Shown piece by piece: positions 1 through 11,894 of a DNA stretch of 64,000 nt. Origin of the DNA: Tubiluchus corallicola (lineage: Eukaryota > Animalia > Priapulida); assembly GCA_030141605.1 (NCBI GenBank), contig JAQGDQ010000611.1, forward strand, positions 62,001-126,000, given 5' to 3'. Within the stretch, counting starts at the first letter, position 1, and each line of letters begins with the position of its first letter. The position numbers were made by a program, and so were the translations under genes. Under the pieces are notes generated by a model that was not told the origin of the DNA, did no database searches, and saw only the letters and a list, made by a program, of their open reading frames with translations.

Positions 1-159
1 TTTTTATTTGCAAGATCACTTAAAAACAGAAGCTGTTAACTGTAGTTTCAATAAGCAGAGTGTAAGAAGATAATGGGAAAGCAGGAAAAGTACTTAGTGA
101 GTAAATTATCAATGCAGTTGAGAACTGCTGGGTCATATTATGTCACAGCTGCGTGGCAC

Positions 160-199
160 TAGTTAGTTAGTTAGTTGTTTGGTTGGTTGGTTGACTAGC

Positions 200-239
<40 letters not shown>

Positions 240-380
240 CAGTCAGTCAGTCAGTCAGTCAGTCAGTCAGTCAGTCAGTCAGTCAGTCAGTCAGTCAGTC
301 AGTCAGTCAGTCAGTCAGTCAGTTAGTTAGTTAGTTAGTTACTTATTTACTTACTTACTTACTTACTTGCTTGCTTGCTT
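160..380. repeat. Compound tetranucleotide microsatellite (TTAG/TCAG/TTAC/TTGC)
   Basis: Directly visible. Confidence 0.95.
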
Positions 381-1224
381 GAAAAAACATAAAGTGCAAA
401 AAGACGTTATCAAAATGACACATCAAGAATAACAAAGATAAAATAAAAGCAAAGCTTGGCGAGAAGAACAAATGCACAGCCATTTTGTTATACATGCAAG
501 GTCAGTTTTTCCAGGCAACGACTTGGCCATAGTTCAGACCTCAATAAATTTGGTCTTTTTAACTTGTTCCTGGGGAATTTCCCTTCTCGTGAGAAACAAA
601 TTTTTGCAAAAAATGAGCTTAGAATTAAACTTTTGGCTTATGTACAACCAGCAGAGGTATGACCTCCTTGGTGAACACATTCGTAGCAAGCCTTGTTTAA
701 ACAAGTGAGCATTGTTTAGAAAACAAAGAGCCGTCTCTTATCTCTGTGTGTGTTAGCGTTATTCTTCAAAAAACGAAGCTGCTCTTACCAGTAAATACCA
801 GGAAACGAATCTTCTGGTTAAAAATATTCCACACGTATGGTTTATAAACAATCGTTGTAGTACAAGGTTGAAACTGGTGAGGCTGGAGTTAAATGTTGTC
901 TGAAGAGTTCAAAGTTCTAACTTAATTTTCAATTGAAAGCATCCTTTCAGAAGATATTTGGATCAGTAAAAATATCTAAAAATAGATAAACGTGTCGCAG
1001 CTACAATGGCAGACGTGTACACGAAAAGAACAAAAATCAGCTCTTTTCTCTAATCAGCTGGCTATTAATGATATTATTAATTAATTAGATTAAGACTGGA
1101 TTTGAACCCGAGACCTGGGATTAGTACTCCCAGGCTCTGTCAGCGAACGTGGCAGGCCACTTTTCAGCGTCTCCTGTCTTTCTCCAACTCAATGGGTAAT
1201 GATTGTTAAAAATAAACGGCAATA

Positions 1225-1503
1225 TAATATATATTCATCCACAAATTTTATTTACCCACGTCCATTTTAGATTATATGTATATATTGTATATAGTCTATT
1301 ATGATTTCTCGTTTAACATTATAATGTATATTTTGTTTTAAATTTTTGGCACAGTAGTTTTTAGTTTCCACTGGACGCATTTGCCTTTAACAGTTGTGTG
1401 AATTTTATTCTCATGCTGCGATGTTCTTTTATGCTTTTATAGTTATGAATATCGATTTTTTATGGCAAATAAAGATTATATATATATATATATATATATA
1501 TAT
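1225..1503 (+). mobile_element. LINE 3' end (Rex/Babar-like) inserted into a SINE; related copy at ~42190-42548
   Basis: Shared TACCCACG...GCACAGTAGTTT...GGCAAAT(A/G)AAGATTAT between the two loci; IPTAI-like C-terminal remnant; (TA)n tail. Confidence 0.5.
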
Positions 1504-1664
1504 AATGGTTTATAAAAATTCTGCCAACCACAGTCATAGTGTAACTAATTAATGATATCATTAGTTGCCAGCTAATTAGAGAAAAGAGTGTTACCATAAG
1601 TATACCCCTACTGTCATGGGTACAGGTGGCGCTGTTGGATTGTGTGCTGCAACGAAAAAATCTC

Positions 1665-1862
1665 AGGCCTCGTCTGTCATGTTGACTGGTAGCGCACTAC
1701 TAATCCCAGGTCTCTGGTTCAAATCCCGACTAATCCATAATTTTTCAGCGTCTCATGCTTTCTCTTTCTAACTCATTACCCCCAAGGGGTAATAATTATT
1801 AAAAATAAACCGCAAAGGTCTAGAAACATTGGGGCAATCACAGTCATAATTTAATTAATTAA
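1665..1862 (+). mobile_element. tRNA-derived SINE (other copies at ~1095-1550, 9805-9960, 37180-37320)
   Basis: B-box-like GGTTCAAATCC, shared body (CTCCAACTCATTAC...AAAAATAAAC), TTAATTAA tail. Confidence 0.65.
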
Positions 1863-2739
1863 GGAACCAAAATCATTTCGCAACTACCAGGTATTTGTAA
1901 CAACATTTGCTTTCCAAATTTCTCGTAATCAGACGAAAATCGAAGAATGATTTCACTTTCAAAATCTTCAAGGACAAAAATAAGAAAAAAACGGTTTTCT
2001 TCGATTATTTCGAGTATCTGACTCGGCTGTTTTGATTTGCCTGTTCGGAGTTACCGTAGAAACAAGTGAACAGTCTTGATGAAACTGACATCACTTAGAG
2101 CCATTAATGATGCTGCAACAGCAGGAATTGAGATGTCAGTAGACTATACTAGGAGCCATTAGTGCGCAGAATGTTTGTCCACATTAGGGTAATTTCCATC
2201 TTTAGGGCGAACACGAAGACAATAGAGAGATTTCCAGGAAAACATGTCACGATAATGGCTCGTTCTCGCTGACACTATACATTTAAAGAGAAATAAGAGG
2301 AAATTTTAAACTATATTCTTAAAAAACCTTCTATACAAAGTTACTTAGCATTACGCTTATCGATCTTACAGACAATACAAATGCATTCAGACTGTTAGCG
2401 AAGAGTGTGCTACGAATGCTCTTATTATTTTTTCGAACTTATGTGAATGACTTCGCGTTAAAGTACTGCGGCTAACGGTCTTTGCAGCGTTTAAATTTAC
2501 AACTTTTATACAGCGTTACTACTAACGCAAGCTCTGTGCGCAGTAAGCTAGCACGGAATTGATACAAAATTTCAAGACAAATTTTTAAGCTTTATTTATA
2601 AAAGGTACTCTTGCCCTTTAAAATAATGAAATGCCCTTTATATAAAATGTAAACCATTGATCTTACCGCTTGGAAATAATGAGAGGAAAATAGAATCCAT
2701 TGCCACGTCTTTTTTAACTGGCCAGGGGAATTTTAACAG

Positions 2740-3235
2740 CTTTTTGTATAGACTTAATATGTGTGGTACTAGTTTATGTTCATGTGGAGAAGAAGAGCAA
2801 ACTCCTTAGCACATTTTATTCAGACGCAATAAAGTAGATAACACTAAAAGAATGCAAAGAATGCGTTTCATAGAAATAGCTGATGCAATTATGCACGTAA
2901 TATTATGCTTCAATGTGATTAAAATTTAATAATGTCTTTTACTAACCTGGCCAATGATTGTTTTATACTACATAATTGTTAATTTAGGCCCGCTCGAGTA
3001 TGCAAAAATAAATTACTTAAGTGTATAAAGTTAATTCACGTGTATAATAATTGTAAATCATTTGAAATTATATTTAATCTAGGCATTATATGTTATCTGT
3101 TGTACATAGCGCGAAACTGGAAATATTTAAAAGATTGTTATATGAAAATGTAAATTGTTGATCTGAGCTTGTAAAAAGAGGCACCTTTTTGTAGACGTGC
3201 TCCTTTTTGGATAAAGATTTATCACCATAAAAAAT
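2740..3235 (+). mobile_element. Decayed LINE 3' end (CCHC knuckle remnant)
   Basis: CSCGEEEQTP*HILF; A-rich end. Confidence 0.45.
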
Positions 3236-4499
3236 TATATAATTGCCTTTCAACTAAGCTAGTAACAAGAATTGCCATTAGAGTAACTGGAAATAGAATT
3301 CACTTGTTTCAAACGTAAAATTTGCACAACATTGTAATGTTAAAATAGGTAAAAGAGTCTTTATCAAAATCAATATTGTTATTCAGTTTTATGATTATAC
3401 AGATGAAAGGGTGGTGCATAAAAAAGACCCAAATATTCACTGTTCACCCAAGTCACCTTCTCTTACCGACAGAGATCGGCAAGTGAACCTCTCTAGTAGA
3501 ACATGTGACCAACTGACCATATATTGGAAGCCCAGCAGGGTCAGGTGACTGGGCAACACAGAAAAAGGCAACAACCGGGATTAAAATTGGGTCAGGTGAT
3601 AATAATAAACAAATTGAAATGTAGTTGGCAGCACACGTACAATAATCTTGTAGTAGTAGTTCAGAAGCTTTGATTATATGAATCTCAAGTGAAAATTCTC
3701 GACAAAAAATAACTAATTAAGTTAAATAATCATTTTAGTGGGCAAACTAAAATCAGAAGTATAAAGGCCTATTTTCAATTTTCAAATGCAAAGAGTTGAC
3801 AGAAAATGAAGTGTAGCTAAATATTATATGCATTGCATATAGAATTGCATTGTATTTGTATTATATTTATATTATATACATGTATATAGTATAGTATATA
3901 ATATAGTATACTATGTATAATATAGGTTAATGTAATAGTAAAATTGAACATAGTCTGCAAAGGAGTGACAGATTTCAAAACTGTTTAGCATTTTAAACAG
4001 ATTACAACACATTTTTCAAACTCAGCGCACTTACAGCATTTGTGAAAAAGTGTACATCTGCCCGCTTCGCAACAAGCAAACTCAGACTAAAAACTGCAAC
4101 CCTTAATTTGATGCCATTATTATTATAAAATTCTGTTCGAAAGACTATGAGTAACAAGGTGTACTAGATTTTCATCCAGAAACGCATTATTTTGGCAACA
4201 ATCTGAACTGGGTACTATATTTCGCTAACCATAAAACTGTTATCATAATCTGCAGCATATCGTAAACGTAGCCAAACAGTTGCTAAACAGTTAATAATAT
4301 TATACTGAGAGATAATTAACTATATCTAAGAACAGTGCACACTTAATTATGCATAGGTCTATAGGCCTGTTTTCCTCGTTCAGCATTTACAGTCAAATAT
4401 TGTAATTATAGCTTGAAGTGTTGCTGGGTAGGTGTCGTATAATTGGAGCTCGTCGCAAGGAAGACACAGAAAAGTAGAAAGAGAAAATATAGAGAGGAG

Positions 4500-4680
4500 A
4501 CAGACAGAGATAGATAGATGGATGGATGGATGGATGGATGGATGGATGGATGGATGGATGGATGGATGGATTGATGGATGGATGGATGGATGGATGGATG
4601 GATGGATGGATGGATGGATGGATGGATGGATGGATGGATTGATGGATGGATGGATGGATGAATGGGTGGATGGATGGATG

Positions 4681-4714
<34 letters not shown>

Positions 4715-4737
4715 TAGACAGAGACAGAAAGAGAGAA

Positions 4738-4770
<33 letters not shown>

Positions 4771-4775
4771 GACAT

Positions 4776-4832
<57 letters not shown>

Positions 4833-4846
4833 AAGAGAGAGAGAGT

Positions 4847-4900
<54 letters not shown>
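4500..4900. repeat. (GGAT)n-(CAGA)n-(GA)n microsatellite
   Basis: Directly visible. Confidence 0.95.
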
Positions 4901-4906
<6 letters not shown>

Positions 4907-5489
4907 TGTGAGAGACAGAACGAAGGCAGAGAGGATGGGAAGGAAAGGGAATGGAAGGAAAAGAAAAGAAGAGAAGAGACAGACATAGAGAAAGTGAGAG
5001 AGAAAAGGCAGGCAGACAGGCAAGCAAACGCACATGGTGAGGTTAATCGTGCATTAAAAATCGATAAAATTAATTATAGCCAAGACAATTGAGGTAAAAA
5101 CATCTAAATTACTGTAGACGTATGTCTGAAGATCTGATCAGAAAACCCCGCTATACAGTATGATATTGATTCAATCGCGTTTATCATATTTGCACAAATT
5201 ATAATTTGGTCAAACAACTGTACATGTATTTTCTTTGAAAATAACTACTGATCACCAACAAAAACAATGACTTTATGCCACTGTTGAGTAAAAATTATTA
5301 TGAGGTGTTTTCAAATAAAACGTTGAGTATTTAATTTGGAAATTAACTTCCGGTTTTGCTGCTGTTTCTTGCGTGTTTTGCAGTGTAAGGAAAACTAATG
5401 AATGAATTAGTGAACGAACGAACGAACGAATTACTAATCGAATGTGTACTTCCGGAAAAAAATGGGGAAATTATGAATGAATACATTAA

Positions 5490-5855
5490 AGTGAATGAAT
5501 GAATGAATGAATGAATGAATGAATGAATGAATGAATGAACGAATGAACGAACGAACGAAAAAACGAACAGACGAGCTAATGAGTGAATAAATGAACGAAT
5601 AAATGAAAGAACAAATGTACAAATGGATGGATGAATGGATGAATGAATGAATGAATGAATGAATGAATGAATGAATGAATGAATGAATGAACGAACGAAC
5701 GAACGAACGAACGAACGAACGAACGAACGAACGAACGAATGAATGAACGAACGAACGAACGAAAGAACGAACAGATGAGCTAATACGTGAATGAATGAAC
5801 GAATAAACGAAAGAACAAATGAATGAATTAATGAATAAATGAATGAATGAACGAA
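5490..5855. repeat. (GAAT)n/(GAAC)n microsatellite
   Basis: Directly visible. Confidence 0.95.
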
Positions 5856-6336
5856 TTTATATCTGCTGCAATTAATTGCAAAGTGTTGAATGACAAAGTC
5901 TGAAAGAGTTTTTGTTAAAAAATTATGCTACTTTTTATTTATACAAAAATTCGTTAGTTTTTCGTTAAACACCAGAAAAAAATTGAAAAATTACCTATTT
6001 TTTCTGTTTAATTGTTGTGGACAAGCATAAAACTTGAGAATTTTGTCTATAAAAAATGCCACCGCACCCATCCTTCACAACTCACAATTGAAATTCCATC
6101 ATGTAAAACTTGAACTGTGTCATTATTTTTGCCCCACCCTGTCTTATTTAAGAACCTGCGTATTTTCGCAACAACAAGAAACAAAAATAGTTAATTAAAA
6201 TTTCCCTCATTTACAGAGAATCACATCAAGTTTGTGCAGAAATCAGTGGTAAAATTAACGAGCTCGTTTTATGTAATTAGCCGCGACTATTGCTGTTGAA
6301 ATTCAGCCAAAATTTGGAAAGTCAATTAGTAATTAT

Positions 6337-6700
6337 TGTGGAGATCGCTGGCATCTATTAGAATTACATAGAACATTGTAGAATGTTCCGTTAGAATGAT
6401 CGTCTTACCGTGTAGAATGTTCTGGAACAAAACTTCTAGAAGCTTCTCGGGCGCGCTAAGGCGAAGCAGGCCGCTGAGACAGGGGCACACAGATTCACAC
6501 AGACGCCACCTACACATTCTCTTGTATACTTGTATTTTCAGATACACTCAAACGTTTTCCAGATTTTCACGTTTAGTGTAATCATTTCGCGTTCCTTCAT
6601 ATTTTTGTGTTCTAGAATTCTCGCTTAATAAACGAGTTTAATTTGATGAAGTGTTTTCTGGTTTTCTCTACGAGCCTTCCGAGAGAAACAAAACACAACA
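6337..6700 (+). mobile_element. Solo-LTR-like element rich in heat-shock elements
   Basis: TGT...ACA termini, AATAAA ~70 nt before the end, repeated AGAATGTTC/TTCTAGAA motifs; no clear TSD. Confidence 0.5.
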
Positions 6701-7463
6701 GCAATGTTACCTAAGAGCAGCAAGCAGGGAAGTCTTTCACCAGAAATAAACAGAAAAATAGATTTTTTTCCAACTCGAGTTGCCTATTTCAAATGAGTTG
6801 AAAATGAATAAAAAATTTGAACTACTACGTGTTGCGATTTCATTCTAATGGGTTGCTAAGGTAATCAAACAATGCGAATTCAACAAAATTAAAATTATGG
6901 CATTCTAAAAACATGGCGTCATTTTAAGGCCCAATTCTGTAACTATTATTCACAAGGTCTTCAGCAGGTGAGAAATAATTTTGTCAACTAATTTTTTGGT
7001 CATTTTGGTCATTTTTTGGCCACTTCCTCTGGATATCTGTTTCTTTTTGTTTCTCCTTCCGTTGCTCTGTCTGTTGTAGACATTGACCCTCTGTCCTTTA
7101 TTAAACACCTCACAGTTTCCCGTCTGTGCCTAGAATTTTCAACTCCTCTGACGTAATTGTTAAGTTTGGTCCCAGCTGTTGTAAATCTTTATCAATTCTT
7201 GATATCCAAGCTGCTTTTGGTTTGCCTGGGGGTCGTTTAACAGGTTTCAGTGCCTCGTTAAATTCTAATCTTAATAGTGCTGCTTTGGAAATCTCATTAA
7301 ATGTCCTTCCTACCCATCTTAACCTTCCGATTCTCGTTTGGTGCTCCAAAGATGCTCTTTGATTCTGTTACACAGCCGCTCCTTTGACAAAGATATACGG
7401 CTATTTTATTTTCAGCATTTTTAGTAGACTTTTGTGACACCATCTATTTCTCCATGTTCATTG

Positions 7464-7503
7464 AGCGACGATCGTTTCGGCTACTATAGCCGTTATCAAA
7501 CTA
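7464..7503 (-). ncRNA. Minimal type I hammerhead ribozyme motif (U3-A8 core variant), Penelope-like
   Basis: UAGU-UUGAUAA-C-GGCUA/UAG/UAGCC-GAAAC-GAUC-GUC-GCU. Confidence 0.7.
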
Positions 7504-8035
7504 TAAATCAAGCCAAAAAGACGAACAAATAACACGTTAGTCATACAACGACACAAACTGAAGCTGCAAAACAACATTAGAATTTAATAAGTTATCGAAT
7601 TAAACGAGGTTGTAACGGAAGAAATTGCAAAAAAACTATCTAACGTGAGAGCTAGAAAAGAACACAACAGGCAAAGAGTTAGTCAGGTTTACATGGACAA
7701 CCACAGCAGTAAGCGTTATAAGAATAAAACACAACTTCTACATTTTGCACAATTTACAACAAGTGGGAACTACAATAAGGAAACCAGCAGCATGTCAATG
7801 TGAAAGTAACATAGAGACTAAATCCACCAGGACCACTACAGAGCCTGTCTAACATGTGCAAACAAATTTCAAAACACAGAAATAGGTAGAGTGGGAAAAG
7901 GTACCACCTACAACAGTTGCGTATTAAGAATTGGGTGGTGCTTCATAAATTATGAATTAACACTATGTGTTGTAGTTTTAGTTTGTGCTTTTGTATCATT
8001 AATGTATTATTTATTCTTCTTTTTAGCTTGATTTA

Positions 8036-8076
8036 TAGTTTGATAATGGCTACAGTAGCGGAAACGAACGTCACTA
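8036..8076 (+). ncRNA. Second, inverted copy of the minimal hammerhead motif (one stem II mismatch)
   Basis: UAGU-UUGAUAA-U-GGCUA/CAG/UAGCG-GAAAC-GAAC-GUC-ACUA; stem I UAGU/ACUA. Confidence 0.62.
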
Positions 8077-8114
8077 CGTGATTACTAGAAGCTGGTTCTT
8101 CCATGTATTTAACA

Positions 8115-8605
8115 CGGTGGTTCCTAAACTGCGGGTCATGAGCTCCAAAAGCTTTTTTGGCGGGCCATGAGCCTTTTGGGATTGGGGGCTCGTATGTACA
8201 TTCAGCCGCTGGCTCGAATGCATGCGCGGACTGCTAGTCAGTCATTGTTGTTTATCGTTTCATACGAAGCCTCTCGCTGTTTTTAAAACAGGTATAATGG
8301 CATATCCCTCAGCGCTAATAGAAGTTACACGCAAATGACAAGATAGTGTCTGATAATGTATAAACATGTGCAAATTTCAACTTTATCCCAGTGAACTAGG
8401 CCTACATGTTTGAAAGTGTTTGGTGTTTTGTACCCATTTTTACCCGTCTCCTGTAAATAACCCTATTTAGATTTAGCGTAAGTTGCCTTAAGTACGTTTT
8501 CATAAGGCTTATGAAGGTGGGGGGTCATGGTAGGTTGGGTACTACCGAAAGGGGTCACGTACTGGTAAAGTTTTGGTAAACACTGGAAAAGTTTGGGAAA
8601 CTCAG
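8115..8605. mobile_element. hAT (Charlie-like) MITE
   Basis: Ends CGGTGGTTCCTAAAC...GTTTGGGAAACTCAG; 8-bp TSD ATTTAACA/GTTTAACA. Confidence 0.7.
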
Positions 8606-10124
8606 GTTTAACATCTATTTCTGTTTTCTACGTGGAAGCCAAGTCACAGATTTCACTGTTGTAGATGAAGATACTAGGATACATAACACTGAAGAATTGT
8701 AGCATTGTTTTGAGATATAGTTTCTTGCTGGTTAGAATTGATTTATTCTGGATAAAACCCTACATTGTCAACTGTTTCCTATTCTTACGTATTTACTACA
8801 ATACATCTCGGCAGATTTCCATGCTGCCATCAAACAGACGCCATATTTGTAATGGTTGACGTCATTCCCGTTTGAATTTAATGCAATTTTGAAATTAATT
8901 ACATGTATTTCTAAATGCTCTGCTAACTCTCCTTGGGTCTTTTTGCTGTTATTTGGGTCTAGTCCATAAAGTCCTTATACTTTTCATGGTCTTTCATTTA
9001 GTCAATTTAAAATTAATTATTTTCAAATAAGATCTCTCAAGGGTTGGTCCTGGGTCCAGTCTTACTTCTATTTTACGTTGGTTTGAAAGTGAAATTAGCA
9101 CTTAAATATGAAAATTTGCAAAAGGATACAAAAGGAAAATTTACAATTTTACTTTCCTAGAAAATTCTGCTAATTTCTGCTTTAATAAATGCAAATATTT
9201 GTGAAGTTTTGCAAAACGTTTTTCACATTCAGTATTTTAAAACGCAAGTTTGCGTTCACTACAACATTTAACAATGCTGTTGTATAATTTGGAATAGGAA
9301 TTCCAATCAGAAAGAATTGTAAATTGTGTTAGTTATACACCGGTCTTTACCCTCGGCTTATATTTTGATTTAAAAACGCTTCCATCTTTCTCTTGTCTTC
9401 AGAGTCGTGGGTTAGGCGATGCACGTCGGGGGTTGCGAATGCGCCTCATCAGTTGACTAGCCTAGTGTCTCTCTTCACCTAAATCCGGCCCTGAGTAGGC
9501 CTTTAAAATTTTTGTTTTCATACACATTCGCCAGTCTATAGCTTATATTAGTACGTACATTTGTGTTTGAGCTTATTTCTAGGCTAGGATAAGTTAGAAA
9601 GTATTCAGGGCAAATTCCTTCTGCCTCTTTTGTGATGCATCATATGATTTGGACTCCCTGCTTGGCAGAGACTTTAGTTCTGCTAATAAATGGGTTACCT
9701 TTGCTGGCGACAAATTATGAATACGAGCCACTCTACTTTGCATTTAATTAACAATTTTAATGTTAATTTAATGATAGTGGTTGCCAGAATGTTTATAAAC
9801 CATAAACATGGGAGTACTGATCCCAGGTGTCGTGTTCAAATCCCCATTATTCCACAATTTTTGAGCATCTTCTTCCTTTCTCCAACTCATTACGCGCAAT
9901 GGGTAATAATTGTTAAAAATAAACTGCAATGGTTTATAATCATAATTTAATTAATTAATGAGAAAGATATGTTTCACTTTACGCCAAATCTCAGAGGCAG
10001 CACAGCTCTCCTCTTTGCCTCTTTTCTCGCTGTTTTCTGTCTCTTCTTTTTTCCTACCAGAAATGTTTTTTATTCTAGCTACTACGTATTGTTACTGAAT
10101 AAGTAAATACAAAAAAAGTAAATA

Positions 10125-10591
10125 CCAAAGATGGCTGCTCAGTCGCCCAGGGGGCTGTCGAACTCCGCTGCTGCCTCGGTCAGTTGAGAGCGACCACATG
10201 CCCTGAGCCGCCTGTGTGTAGAGTCTTCAAAGAAACGCTTCAAAGACAGCCTGAAGGCCACACTCAAGGAACTCAGCATGGATATCCGTTCAATAGAAAC
10301 CCTTGCACAAGATCGCTCAGCGGAGTGCCATCACCACAGAAGCTAAGACAGCAGAGGCGAAAAGAATTGAGGAGGCAGAGGAGAAGCGCAGGAGAAGCAA
10401 GGCATGTGACACTGCCCAACAACAGTTCCAAATACCCAGCCTCACCTGTGCCAAATGTCAAAGAAGTTTCCAGGCCAGAATTGGCCTAGTCAGTCACCTT
10501 CGAGCTCATCAAAGGAATGACAACCCCCCAAACTGACCCTTTATCCCTGTCACTATGGTCATCTTCGATTCGAAGGTCGAACATCATCATC
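10125..10591 (+). mobile_element. RTE-clade LINE 3' fragment
   Basis: KRFKDSLKATLK...AQDRS, C-terminal C2H2 finger CAKCQRSFQARIGLVSHLRAH, (CAT)n tail, flanking AAATACAAAAAA direct repeat. Confidence 0.85.
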
Positions 10592-10673
10592 AAATACAAA
10601 AAAGGATGAATATTTCTAAATCGTGGTGTTTCACGATGGCCGACCCGGCACAATGCTTATCGGAAGTAATACC

Positions 10674-11350
10674 TTAAAGGACAAAAAAGGGGGTACGTGA
10701 ACTAGGTTTCAGAAAAATTGCCTTAAAATTATATTACTTTATAGCAATTTTATGCGTGCATCGTGCTCGCGTTAAAAGGATTTTTAGTTTGTTTTCATTT
10801 TAAATTTCCCGCGACTCCGTTCCGACGGTGCCATTACATTACGTCACCTACGCACAACGTAAATCAAGGGAAGAAAGGTAAATGTTAAACTTTCCATGCA
10901 AAATTATATTACTTAGCATATCACTTACCTACTTGAAAGACTTATGTAACTAGAAAAGAGAATTGTTAATTATTTAAAATGCTTTCACCAATTGGTAAAA
11001 TGTCGCTGACTCACCCCCCAGGGTGCTCCACTCCCTAACTAAAACATTCTTAATCTTATTGACAAGATACGGTAACTTTAAATTTTATTTAGTTAGTCAC
11101 GTGTGCGCTATGAATGTTCTGATTATTTTTTTCAAACTTTACACAATGTTATTTTAACTTGTTTCAAATGACTTATCGTCAAAATGGCTATGTCTAACAG
11201 TCATCGCGGGAGTTTAAATTCACATGTTTTATACAGTGTTATTACCAAGGCAAGTCTATAATATGCAAAAAGGTAGTATGTAACTCGTATAAAATTTCAA
11301 GACGAATTTTTTAAGCTGTATGTAAGTGGAAGGTTTTCTTGTGCTTTGGG
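10674..11350 (+). mobile_element. Kolobok-like family B (relatives at 2283-2620, 26750-27065, 29570-30276, 31586-32050, 46730-47100, 60430-60850)
   Basis: TTAA-AG start; shared blocks such as CGTCAAAATGGC...CTAAC and AATTTCAAGACGAATTTT. Confidence 0.68.
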
Positions 11351-11894
11351 GACACATTTTTTAAAAATACAAAACCGAAACATACAAGATTGTTCCGGAA
11401 AAATCAACAACCATAAAACATTAATTTTGTTGTAGGGACAACAGACTCGACTAAATGCCCTGACTACAGCCGGTGAGGGTATGAAGCGAGCATAATCATC
11501 AAAATATTTCAGGTGCTACTAATGTACTCATATCCAAATAAATTTGATAATTACTTTCATTTAACAAACATGTGCTAAAAATTATTAATATTTCGCTAAA
11601 AGCAGTAAAAGCTGTGGTGGTAAGACTGTTTGCATTGAATATTTATTATTAAACTAACTTTAATTATTTATAGTATTTATAGTGAAATCACTCGCCTTGA
11701 GTGTTTAATCTAGATAAAAGATCTTCGCCAAAGTCGCTAAACTTCACAGAAAATTTGAAGGTCGCTTAAAATATTCAGTTTCCCATAAATGTAACAGCAG
11801 GTATGGCTAAACTGATAAAATACGAGCAATGGGACTTGTGAAGAACATCAGTAGTGAATGCTAGGATAGTCAAGCCATGATGTATCCTTTGATG

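Larger units (their letters stand above)
7464..8076. mobile_element. Penelope-like element remnant with ~110-bp inverted pseudo-LTR copies
   Basis: 7464-7575 is an imperfect reverse complement of 7965-8076; each copy ends in a hammerhead motif. Confidence 0.6.
7020..9070 (-). mobile_element. Decayed RTE-like LINE 3' half, interrupted by the PLE remnant and a hAT MITE
   Basis: RLRWVG...KRPPGKPKAAW (7110-7349); SIFIYNSEI and NRKQLT-like remnants at 8620-8870. Confidence 0.65.

Noticed and set aside
450-960. Protein-coding exons from short ORFs (also 40415-40720 and 55493-55804)
   Set aside because: No recognisable domain or splice-consistent model; at most faint LINE RT remnants too decayed to call
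1690-1735. tRNA gene
   Set aside because: B-box-like motif but no complete cloverleaf; followed by a repeated SINE body
5125-5150. CTGAAGA...GAAAA hammerhead-like string
   Set aside because: No stem III, NUH site or stem I
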